From NCBI GenBank assembly GCA_965644295.1, contig CBFFRP010000333.1, positions 62,001 to 126,000 of the forward strand: DNA of 64,000 bases, read 5' to 3'. Positions 37,326-48,777 of the stretch are shown here, in pieces. The position numbers and the translations under genes were made by a program. The DNA is from Paraphysomonas bandaiensis. Taxonomy: Eukaryota > Protista > Chrysophyceae. Positions within the stretch are counted from its first letter, which is position 1. Each line of letters starts with the position of its first letter. The notes beneath the pieces were generated by a model. It saw only the letters and a program-made list of their open reading frames with translations. It was not told where the DNA came from and ran no database searches.

Positions 37326-38144
37326 ATCCCAAACGGCAGACGAGACTGAGGGTCTTGCAGGGTGTGAGGGTCAGGAAATAATGAGATTAAATATTACTCG
37401 TGTTGAGGGTAGCACTTGGAGTGCTGTGTGTGGTTTGTGGCCTGTTTGTTGTAATGTTTTGTGTTGATTGTTGAGGTATATATGCACAGCACGTATCTCA
37501 GTGTATATACGTATCATGCCCACATATGTGCACTCAATCATCCATCCACTGCACTGTACACTCTGCCTATGGTATAGTTGTACAGTGCATACTGCTCTGC
37601 TGTACGCCACGGATGCATAAATCCTACGCATCATCCCATACCATACATATCCCGATATGCTGCAGTGGCCATGCAATTGTATGTTGTATACTGGTATACG
37701 TGGTATAGGTATACGGTATACGTATACATACACCTGGTGTTGAACCTCAACCCACACCTTCAACATCTAGCACTGTATTGCCATTATACCGCTCTGTATT
37801 ACTACGCTGTTGTACACCACTCTGTCCTCTTGAAATACAATGTATACTGTACAGTACAGTTGTATTATATCCTCTAAAAACGGTTGAGTGTATGCGTGTA
37901 TGTGTACGAGTCGCAGCAGTGTATGAGACATGCTCGCTCTGATGCACATCACTTAACGAGGTGAATACTAACCTACTGGGACCATCTTTCATACGAATGG
38001 ACCGTTTCATAAATATACGAAGAGGGCTTGCAAGATAATTCTAACCAGTGAGGTCTGTGATGAGGAGTACAACCGTCAGTCGTATTGTGATGGAGTAAAT
38101 CTGTCCAGTGTGGCTTCAAGTAGATATTATCTGTATTCGGTGGG

Positions 38145-40466
38145 ATGAATATCCAAACAGAAGATATCAATAAACGTCCGGAGAGAGTTCGAATATATGA
38201 ATACTCGAAAGACTGGACTGCTCATGATTTTTATGGAAAATATCACCTCGCCCGTGTGCGTAATCCAGCACCAGTGCCAGGAACGCAAATGTTATTGGAC
38301 CAAGAACACAAAGCGAAGAAAGAAGCTGATATTAAACGATTCGAAGCCGAAACAGAAGCACGCATATTAGCCACTCGAAAACGCCTGCATCTAAAAGATA
38401 AAAGCGCTAAGTTTACCACCCGAGTACATGTTCACACTGTAATCGGTGAACCTTCCGAGCAAGCAGAAAATGTTATCCAAGAAAACGAGGACATTGCTAC
38501 CACGAAGATTGTTTTCCCTGATTCTAAAGTGCAAATATCTCGTTTTATGAAGAATATTTCACTGGGGCGTGCTCATTATGTGAGTTTCGCTATAACGACA
38601 GGTTATAAGTCGGTTAATTGGCAGGAACCAACGCAATTAGGTTATACGGCTCTGCATATTGCCACCTCTAAGGGTTATGCTGATGTTGCCGAAGAGCTTC
38701 TTAAATATGGTGCTGATCCCAATATTCGAAGTGGAATTGGAAATTTTCCGATACACGACTCGTGGAATTTTTGGCGACTACCGGCTGATAGAAAAGAGCG
38801 AGAGTTACAAGAGGAGAGAACGTGCGAAGTATTACGAGTGCTGTGCAAGTACAACGCCAATGCTGACGGGCCAATGAATGATGGAAACACAGCACTACAT
38901 ATTGCAGCTCAAAAAGGGCCAGTTAAAGCAGTACGTGTTCTTTTAGGGTTTAAAGCTGACCACTACCAACGAAATAAAGATGGAAGGACTCCGATGGATG
39001 TGGCCGCGGATTGCGGAAACGATGAAATTCTTCGACTCCTGAATTTTTGGGATGGAATAAAATCACAAATGGTAAATGTCGACTTCGTGATACAGTGGCA
39101 GCATTTTTTGAAGGACTATGAAGCCGTAATATCCTCAGGCGCTGATATGTCTGTTGAAAAGATTATGTTTCAATTAAATATGCAAGAAAATATGCGCCTA
39201 CAAAACATGACAGATATAACGAAGTTCAAAGTTGACGATAAACACCTGTTGCAATGCAAGCGGGAGAATCTGCTACATCAAAAGATGAAAAATCGTGAAG
39301 CTGCTATGAGAATTGCGGATGAAGAGGCTAAAGAGGATGAGAATGTTGTGGTAGTTGAACCTGGAAGCTGGCAGAGTCTGATTGCAACTGGCCCGAAAAA
39401 ATTTAAATCTAAACGACGAAATATGACTCCAGTGCAGGAATACTATCACTCGCTCATAGATAGGAATAAGCCCCCTTTGCCTAGTATCTCTCAAATTGAT
39501 CAGAACAAAGCAGATAGAGCAGAAGTAAGAGCTATTGAGGACGGTATTGATGTGGAATCTAGTTGTTCTGGTAAGAAAGGTGGGGATGAAGAGGGAGACT
39601 CACAGACTAATGAAAATGGGAAAGGCGAAGAATTTTCTCGTCCTAAAAGTAAACTTGAACGAAGACGACTTCGAATGGCTGGTAAAGTCGCATTGGATGC
39701 AAAATTTGAGTTGTTCACAGCTCGGCCATGCACTGCTTCTGCATTAAGTCTCTCGCGACGTGTAAATGATGCACCGCTAAAGGGTACGCCAGAGGAGTTC
39801 TCTCTGAGTCGGTACCTTACCACTCCCAACCGTACTAGGCAATTAATAGTTGATGGTCAACGAGCAGAGTCTCAAACGAAATCTGTCAAGAAGCAGATCA
39901 CTCAAACAACAGTGTCAAAGCGAATTGTCAATCACCTTGGGTCGTATTGCAAAGCCGCAGATGCGATTGCGGATCCTACATACCGTCAGTTATTGTACGA
40001 TAGGATAGCAGATGATTCGGAAGAGAGTGCGAAAAAGGAAGCTGCAAACATGCGGGAGGTATCGAATTTTAATAAACTCAATCCAAATAAAATCAACAGC
40101 GATTGGAGAGGGACCAAAATAGACATGAATCCAACTGAGAAACGTTCTCTGTTTGTCTCAAAGGACCTAGTTCCACCACAGAAGGAGTTATCGGCGTTGG
40201 CCGAACTAAAGGAAAAGTTAAAAGAAGAGCACGTTCGTGACGACACATCTTCTGCACAAGATGGCTCTATTAGTGACCAACTTGATGAGTCAAGTTTAGA
40301 TATTGTAAAAGAGAGGGAACGGGAGAAACTGAAGAAGGAGAGGCTGGCGAAGAAGAAAGCTCAGTATGGCGAAGGTCGACTTACCTCTACACATAATGTG
40401 AAGAAGATAGTTGAAGTTCCGTGGAGTACTGTTAAGAGTAACTTCAATGTGGCTTTTTCAATGTAG
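38145..40466 (+). CDS. Ankyrin-repeat protein (intronless, 773 aa)
   Basis: GYTALHIATSKG..AEELLKYGADPN, GNTALHIAAQKG, GRTPMDVAA; long charged C-terminus. Confidence 0.85.
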   Translation: MNIQTEDINKRPERVRIYEYSKDWTAHDFYGKYHLARVRNPAPVPGTQMLLDQEHKAKKEADIKRFEAETEARILATRKRLHLKDKSAKFTTRVHVHTVIGEPSEQAENVIQENEDIATTKIVFPDSKVQISRFMKNISLGRAHYVSFAITTGYKSVNWQEPTQLGYTALHIATSKGYADVAEELLKYGADPNIRSGIGNFPIHDSWNFWRLPADRKERELQEERTCEVLRVLCKYNANADGPMNDGNTALHIAAQKGPVKAVRVLLGFKADHYQRNKDGRTPMDVAADCGNDEILRLLNFWDGIKSQMVNVDFVIQWQHFLKDYEAVISSGADMSVEKIMFQLNMQENMRLQNMTDITKFKVDDKHLLQCKRENLLHQKMKNREAAMRIADEEAKEDENVVVVEPGSWQSLIATGPKKFKSKRRNMTPVQEYYHSLIDRNKPPLPSISQIDQNKADRAEVRAIEDGIDVESSCSGKKGGDEEGDSQTNENGKGEEFSRPKSKLERRRLRMAGKVALDAKFELFTARPCTASALSLSRRVNDAPLKGTPEEFSLSRYLTTPNRTRQLIVDGQRAESQTKSVKKQITQTTVSKRIVNHLGSYCKAADAIADPTYRQLLYDRIADDSEESAKKEAANMREVSNFNKLNPNKINSDWRGTKIDMNPTEKRSLFVSKDLVPPQKELSALAELKEKLKEEHVRDDTSSAQDGSISDQLDESSLDIVKEREREKLKKERLAKKKAQYGEGRLTSTHNVKKIVEVPWSTVKSNFNVAFSM

Positions 40467-41077
40467 TTTTGTTAGCGGATAAGTGGGTGTGTATAACAAT
40501 GTATATACTAAGGATTTGGAGTACTTATATTAGACGAAACCATTTCGGCCTTGGAAGTACAGTACCGAGAAGGACTGTAGTATAGAGTACGTAATATATT
40601 GTGTGAAGATTCATCATTTGATGATAGCGATGTATCTATAATTAGAGATGTGCGTATTAAAGAAAGAGCTCACAGGCTGATATATGTGTGTTTTCTTTAC
40701 GCTATTAGTTATACTTGTATCAACTAAATATTAGTAATCAATAATCAACGTATCAGTAACATCAGTAACGCTAGTGTGTCACGCGTCGATTACTTATTTG
40801 TCTCTTTTAAAGATAAATTGTGATGATATCATAATTTTTCATCATCGATATTCGATATCACAACGTGAAGAATATCCGAATATCCTTAAAAATAATAACT
40901 ATATCTCGACCGAGATACACTTGATTTTTAATTAGTGAGTTTTCTGTATTCTATATTTGGAAGTCACGTAAAATCATTAAGTAATATTGTCACCTGGAGT
41001 ATGCAGATTGGTCTCGGGATGACGCCATTTAAGAGATGTAAATTAAAGTTGTTAATTCCCTTTTCACTACTATTTGC

Positions 41078-41839
41078 CAGGAATAGGGAACAATATATTG
41101 CAATACTATTGTTAGATAGCGTTCCATCAATAGTATTGATGGATTTTTTAAACCGGTCCTACAATACAATTACAATATATTGCAATATATTGTCAATGTA
41201 TTGCGATATATTAGTTTGACTAATCAGTAGGTAAACACATCCGTAGATTTCATTTTTAGTATTAGTCATTAAGATCACATGACAACCAAACCAACTGCTG
41301 CTTATAGCTACTAAAAATCCACCTCGTCCTCATCCTCTGAGCCATCATCAGTGAGGTCAACATCACCATATTTATCCACAGAATTAATTGAAATATGCTA
41401 GTATCCGGCCATAACTGTCGAATAGCTTTCTAAAACAACAGCATATTAAGTAGGATGGATACTTTTGCGCAACACTGATATAATATGTTTAGCTGTGCTG
41501 AACAGACGTTCCCATGTATTGGAAGTACATACCAAGGCCAGGCAACCGTTAATGACTCGTGGATCTGTACATTTCTTAATTTTTTGAGCTGACTGAAGAT
41601 TTTTAGTCGCATAGTCAACATCAGCTTCATTATCCTTTGTAATGTTGTAATCAATTTCTCGGTTATTTATATCCATTTTGCACCCTACAGTTAAGAATCT
41701 TCTCTTATATGACTATCATAATATTGATTGCAATATATTGCAATAGTATTGTGAGATACTTTAGCAGAAACACTATTGATGGAATATTTGACCACTCCAC
41801 CAATCAATATATTTTACAATATATTGTTCCCTATCCCTG
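41078..41839 (-). mobile_element. Non-autonomous hAT DNA transposon (internally deleted)
   Basis: 26-bp TIRs CAGG(A/G)ATAGGGAACAATATATTG(C/T)AA, perfect 8-bp TSD CTATTTGC (41070-41077, 41840-41847), subterminal CAATATATTG repeats, hAT dimerization-domain remnant TSNTWERLFSTAKHII on minus strand. Confidence 0.93.
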
Positions 41840-42012
41840 CTATTTGCATAACTAAAACTGTAGTTAGATCTTCCAAGTGAATGTTGTACAATGAATTTCA
41901 CGATATCAGACTGTTCCTTAGTTATAAAGTAATATAAACCACATATCCACTCAGCAGCAGTAGCTATATTTTTCTACACACTACAAATGCATCGCTTTAC
42001 AGATATTCAGAA

Positions 42013-42934
42013 TCACACTGTCATTGTTGAAAGTTCTTCTGCACGAGAAATTGTGGCCTGGTACCTGTAACAAAATGCGTGATTCGCAGATATTCACCAA
42101 CAGGGTATTAAAACTAGACCTTTTGTAAAACTCTTCTGCAATGTGGTTGAATGGTGCATCAACATTAGTATTAGTAGCCTGAAAAACATTAAAAATTACA
42201 ACACAGTATGAAACAGAAACAGCAACGCAAGTATTAGGAATATGCACCCACCGCAGATGTTTCAAAGTATTGAAGACCCATCTCCCTTGCAGCACCCTGT
42301 CCCTCCTCCTTTGACACTTCAGCACGAGAATCCAAGCCGCTTTCTTCGCGGAAATCTGCCTTGTTTCCAACCAAAACTCCGAGCATACGCTGACCCGTCG
42401 GGCGCATCGCACGTACTCCTTGAACAGTGCAAAATAAAGAATATAATGTATCTTAAAGTGTGTGTACCTCCAAGCCACTTGACACAGGATTGAAGACTCT
42501 CAGGATTAGATATATCATACACTACCACAACAGCAGATGTGTTTTCCCACTGGCAACAATTTTATCATTAAATAATCAGGCAGGTATTACGTACATATTT
42601 CGAGTTCATTTCTACTTGGTTGAATATTGACTGACCCGCACAGTCAAATATATACAATTCGACTATAGCATTAGTGTCTGGTATTGGCACTTGCTTCACA
42701 CAAAACTCCGCACCGATAGTCTGATAATAGTCAGACAGTGATATGACGACAACACGCTCAGTATACCATAATATAATTCTTCGGATATGTGCTTCCACCG
42801 CTATTGAAGACTTGTGTAAGAGCTGTTTTACCGACACATGCGTCACCAACAATCACACACTTGCAGCGTAATATCACTAGAGGTTTATGATTGCTCTCCA
42901 TGCTACGGATATTAGATCCCCCGTTAGATGCCAT
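42013..42934 (-). CDS. IFT27: Intraflagellar transport protein 27 (RABL4 small GTPase)
   Basis: Spliced: LRCKCVIVGDACVGKTALTQVFNSGGSTYPKNYIMTIGAEF...VELYIFDCAGQ...GVLVGNKADF...YFETSA. Confidence 0.9.
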
Positions 42935-43407
42935 GATTACCTACTAAAAATCAAGGCTGATGTGAGTGAGGAGTAACTGTAACAGTATCTTCAGTAAGTC
43001 GTAGTGCTGTTGTATCAGTTAATAGTTGCAAGCAAGCTTCTGATATGATCTAAGCATACACATATACCTGCATATGTATATATATACATACATATACTGC
43101 ATACATACACTATTCACTGGTGCTGTACGTATACGGGGTATACCGGACTCTTAAAATACAGATAATACATTGTATTATGATATTGTATACAGTCGTATAC
43201 TGTACGGTATACCTGCAATGTAGATTCGTATAGAGCCCATAGAGCATATGGAAGCAACAGATATGCACACAGCTGAACCCTTCCAAGCCATGTGGGCAAG
43301 TGGTTATCGTTAGCCCCTTGAGCTTACCTGATGCTATATTGACCTACCCTGAAGTGGCTAGTAGCATCAATCTCCTGTGTATCATTCAACTGAATAGATA
43401 GCGAGTG

Positions 43408-45073
43408 ATGAGCAGAACATATCGAATAACTGGACCTCAATCAGTGGAGAGACTCGAGCCTTTGATTCATAAACAAGGCACATGGACACGTGTGTCTCAC
43501 CCGCCATCAGCATCAACGTCGATAGACTTTGTTTGGGAAACATATTGTGAGAAGGTGTGGAGAGAAGCGCATAACAATGCTGTTGTTCTGAACAGGCTTC
43601 ATAACTCTCTTGTGCTTGAAGATAAGAGGTAGAGATGTTGTCTAGTGCATGCGTCTTGCTCTAACCGCATTGTGATTTGTCGTAGTAACTTTGCATTTCT
43701 ACAGTTACGAATGAGTTGTCCTCGTTTGGAATCATATATTGCACTCAGCAGGACTGCACTACTGTCCTGGTGCAGGGAGAGATATAGGGAACAGCAATCG
43801 CCAGCAGTCACTGATACTGATGTTATCAATGACATGGACACCAGCTCATTATCTAATGAATCATATTTAGGGGAGCCTCACAATTGGGCTGTCTCACCTC
43901 AACCTGTCGGTATAACTGGCGAATGGTGGGCCGTGAAAGCTAGCAAGGGTAATGGCGGAAAAGACGTATGGGTTCTCCACAAGGATAACTTCGAAACTCT
44001 TGTCAGTTCTCTTCCAAAAGACGAAGAATATGTTATGCAAAGGTAAATCGTTTTTGGATAAGAATCTCGTGATGCCCACGTGATTCGCTAGTTTAAGTGT
44101 GCACATAATGCATTGAAGCAATAACTGAAATTTCGGAACTAGATTAATATTTAGTATAAAGTTTATATCTGATGTAAACTGTATAGGTACGTGGACCGAC
44201 CGTTACTCTGGAATGGATATAAATTTCACTTCCGATGTTACGCGGCTATGACCGCCAATCAAATCGCCTATGTATATGAAAAGTGTTTCATTCTCTGCGC
44301 CGGACTGCAGTACACAGCTGCTGGGGCTGGGACGGACGATAGAGTGCACCTAACTAATCTCTCTATTAATAAGGCTTTGCCGGGGCATCCTGGCCAAGTC
44401 CCATGCTGGCTCTCGCGCGAGTGTCCTCCGGTGCGTATAATGTCTTCCGCGTGCACTCGCTAACTTACACCATGCTTTATGGAGGGCCCATATTTTTTTT
44501 GTTTCTGTGATTCTGGGCTATAGTAACATTTTTTAATGGTTTTATGACGTTTGTCTATTAATAGTAACATTTATCTATCAGATATTTGAAGGCGTATGCA
44601 ACGTTTGGCGGGAAGTGGTCTGTGCTGCGGGTCCGTTTATGGTTGAGCAACGAAGCCCTTTGCACTTCGAGTTTGTCGGTCTTGATATCCTTGTGGATTC
44701 TGCTGGTACGTGTCATCTGCTTGAAGTGAACCGTCTACCCGGTCTGGAGGCATCGAAAAACAGGTGCAAACGAGATGAAGACGACTTGTACGACCAAATG
44801 ATGGAGTCGCTTTTAGATCTGGTTTTGCCACAACAAGAGTTGAGTGACGATGTCTTGGAGGACAGCACGCCAGAAGCACATGTGAACGTCTTCTCACACA
44901 CTATAGATTCTGCACTAAGTGACGCGAAAGAGAAAAACACGACCAATAACCTCTGGCAGCAAGTGAAGGACGCAGCTGTAGATTGCAATTGCCATTCGTC
45001 TGCTACATTCAAGAATATATTTTCTTGGAAAGCTTTCACGAAGAATAATAGAAAATTAATCGTTGTTGAATAA
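43408..45073 (+). CDS. Tubulin-tyrosine ligase family (TTL/TTLL) protein
   Basis: WAVKASKGNGGKDV, YVMQRYVDRPLLWNGYKFHFRCY, HLTNLSINK, FEFVGLDILVD...LLEVNRLPGL. Confidence 0.9.
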
Positions 45074-46671
45074 CCCAATGGATTTTTTAATGGAGGCAGA
45101 TATATTGTTACATCGGGAAAGTCACTTGTTGTACTTGCATATTAAGTAATATAGTAATACGATTTTTACACTTTACGTATTATAATTCTGACGAGTGTAT
45201 GCATACATGTATACGTGGTAGAGGTAACTTTATGATTCATATTATATCATTTGTCGTCCGAGTAAACAATGTGATGTATATCAGTTTTCTTTAAGAGACT
45301 ACGGAATCATGTTATCAGGCACTCAACACGACAATAGTGCTTTACTTTGGTCTTTGGTATAACGTAGTTCTCACTAAGTGACGAAAAATCAGGATCTTGG
45401 AAATTTCTTTCTTTCGTCATAAAAAAGGATTGAAGCTATAAACTATAAAATAACTCATACATTTTATATTAAAAATCATTTTGAAATGCTCCAGAAAATA
45501 GCCCTTTAACAGATAATTAGATAGGATAGTTCTTATATTAGTTATTAAGAGTGGTTAATACTGATTAAAAGTCTGAGTCCCAAGAAAGATATAATCCAAT
45601 TGTTTGAAGAGTGCTTAGCGCGCGCACACCTTCAACAGATAGCGAGATGATTGGCTGAGCACAACGCTGTAAACTCTTGCAAATGAAAACTTAGACCAAG
45701 AACAATGGTGTCCCAATAGTTGCGAGGGAAGATATGTTGTTGTTACCAATTTACGACCACTCATGATAAAAAGTATTATACATTCATAGGTAGATATCAT
45801 GGACTAATACTACAAGTAATTAAGATTTCGCACTCTTCTTCTTTTTCTTCTTCCCTCCAGTCCCAGAAAGCTTTTCTGTAAAATAAATTACACGGCTTGC
45901 AACAAAAAAAATGACTAATAATAAGTACCTCTTTGTCTGGTAATATCATCAACGGATAAATTACACATCTGCGCCATTGCTGACTGAACTAATTTATCTG
46001 ACTCATATAAGTCTTTGTGGTTCTTAGTTTTATATTTTAAGCACTATAGGGGCGGTATGAGAGGCATAAATACAATTATAAATCAACTTACAACTACATC
46101 ATCCGTCGCGCGAACACACATTTCTCCTTTACCATTATGATACTTCATTACGAGCTTGACCTGAAACCACGACCATGTCACACTACATACCTACACAAGA
46201 TATTCATACCTTTTGTGCATTTTCGTCAATGAGTAATGGAGCCAATTGATGAGCGAGCTCCTCTTGAGAACTGTATGTAAAACTCATAACTTCCCTTAGA
46301 CAATTGGTAAGAGTATCGGTGAGCGTCTGAGGGTATGATCGAGTGACCAGGAGTTGGTTGTGTTTCAATTGATGCATACATTACTGGGGCACTATACATA
46401 TACATACATATATATGTGTATGCGAGTATACGGTTTCGTAGTATGGGAATTAGTGTGTGTGGTATGGAGTTGTCGGCATACGTACGATCCGGATATATAC
46501 CACCCACACATACAGCAGTACACCATAGTACAGCAGTACAAACATACCTTGGTGTGGAAGTACATCTCGACATGGGGGTATATACACGGAGTATCTGTGC
46601 GGTTGACTGGCATGGTATCTTAGTGTTTATGTTGGGTTGAGATATCACTCAATGTCTCAAACAATATCATC

Positions 46672-48020
46672 ATGATACATTCATTCCGCTTCTACATCAC
46701 TCTAACTGCTCTCTGCTGTCTACCTGTCATCAGTGGAGATCTAGTGGTTAGTTTAAAGTATTTTGACGACAGCTCATGTAAAGACGACATCTATGGGGTG
46801 GGAGTGTTCCCCGGCCAGTGCATTCAGACCTCATCAGGGGGGGTATGGGTAACATGCAGTGATTCATCAGGACTTGTCGTGACAGAGTTTATAAATGCTA
46901 ACTGCACTGGGCCGTCCACTCAACTGACTCTATCAACAAACACTTCCGGGTGCGCTAATGAGGGGTTCACCTCATCCTCTTATTACCAGACACCGCTGAG
47001 TGGATACAAAATTAATTGTTACGACGATGAGGACGTGAGTATTAATAATGTCTTTTTTTTGGCTAATGTTGTTGTGCAGTGGACCAAGGATAACACAGAC
47101 TATATTCTCACCCGCTCCACAATGACATTGCAGGCAACTTCTGCTTTAGATTTTACAAATGATGTATGCAGTCAAAACAATGCCTCTACAGATATGCATT
47201 ACTGCTTCTTGAACCAGAATGATGACTACTGCCTGCCCACAGACGAGGGTGGGTCTTCCGATGTTTCGTTGTGTAAGGCTTACCCGACGATGTACGCATA
47301 TGCGGATATGTGTATGTTGGACAATCCCAGCTCTGGCAATAGTTATATATATGAAACGGATAATCACGGGGTAAGATTATTACTTGAAGTAGACTTTAAT
47401 GATGTGGTGCACCATAGGTAGGCAAGTTGCGCCGCTATTCGGACACATCGTGCATCTCATCAGATACAAGTTATGCTGTACCGTACAGCGTATGTATGGG
47501 TTGCAATCGTTTCAAAGACCTGCCTAATAACGGCGACTCGAAAATTCACCTTGCTGGATGGATTGTTGCGGTCATCGTAATTTCTGTCGTAGCTTGCTGC
47601 TGCGGTGGCTGCTTCCTTGTGGCGATGATGGTATATGGGTCTGCTGCGGTTGTGAATACGATTTGCTGCAAGAGGGGTGGCAATACTAGCAGTAAATCTT
47701 TATTAGCACATCAGCAAAATGTCTCACCGCCTGTGTCTAATCCCGCAAGTTCTCTTTCGTATCCCCAATATGTAAGTTTGTTCACATTGTTTTTCAAACC
47801 CAACCTTGTTGTTTACGTAGGCAAGTGATGTTGAAATCCTAAATATCCAGCTTCCAGCTAATGCCGCTCCAGGTGATATTCTACAAGCTACAAAGTCTAA
47901 TGGTGAACTGGTAGGCAAACATGTTCTAGTAATTGAGACATCAGTTCACGTGTTTTTCAGGTTCAATTTCAAATTCCGCAAGGGTCAGCTCCGGGGTCCG
48001 TTATTCAGATAAAGGCGTGA
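46672..48020 (+). CDS. Type I membrane protein with Cys-rich ectodomain, unknown function
   Basis: Signal peptide, Cys-rich repeats (YFDDSSC, FINANCTG, YSDTSC), TM IVAVIVISVVACCCGGCFLVAMMVY, tail IQLPANAAPGDIL...FQIPQGSAPGSVIQIKA; several GT-AG introns. Confidence 0.75.
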
Positions 48021-48777
48021 TTTTTGCTTGGGAGAACTGAATATCCGATTTTAGAACTCTGTATGTGAATTGACAATTACCTTTTAATGAGCATTTTCAA
48101 CACTTTACCTCGATTTGAGAGTAAATTTGTAAAGAAAGTTTAGTTGTAATATATCTAAGTTTAGTTATACTATATGAAACGAATAAATTTCGGGAGTTTC
48201 AAGCACGAATAGTTGTGTACATAGAGTGAATTTTAAGCCGCACTGTTCCATATAGCCGACACAATGAAATACTCAGTTAATTTCTTAGTTGAAATGTATA
48301 TAAGGTTATATATGATTATCACAACTCTAGTGAATAAAACTTTGATTTCAGTATATATGATTTACCAGAATCCAGAATCTAGCTAAAACGAGCTCACTCC
48401 AAAAAATGTGAATATATCAGTGCTCTTACTTTTTCTTGCGGGACTGGAGCTCTATATCTAGTGTTCATGATGGTCAGAAGTCGTTTACTTGCGTAGAAAT
48501 TAGTAATAACTACGACGCACAGAAGACAACTATTCGAGAAGAGGATAATGCATTGTGAAGTTGGTATTATATACATTATATATACCTTTCAAAAACCTTA
48601 TACGTCTGCCATTGTATGGCAAAGTCGATACATAAAGCAAAAAATGCATACTTATTATATATCCATACAAATCCAAGTATAAAGTAAGAAACCCAGTAAT
48701 ATACATTTAATATTAGAAAATAGTTGGGAATTACTATTGAGTGTAATAGATCGTAAAGGGTAAACAACAATCTTCAT

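Noticed and set aside
45600-45977. Possible tiny spliced gene on minus strand (MAQMCNLSVDDITRQR...)
   Set aside because: Very short, no homology recognised, splice model ambiguous.
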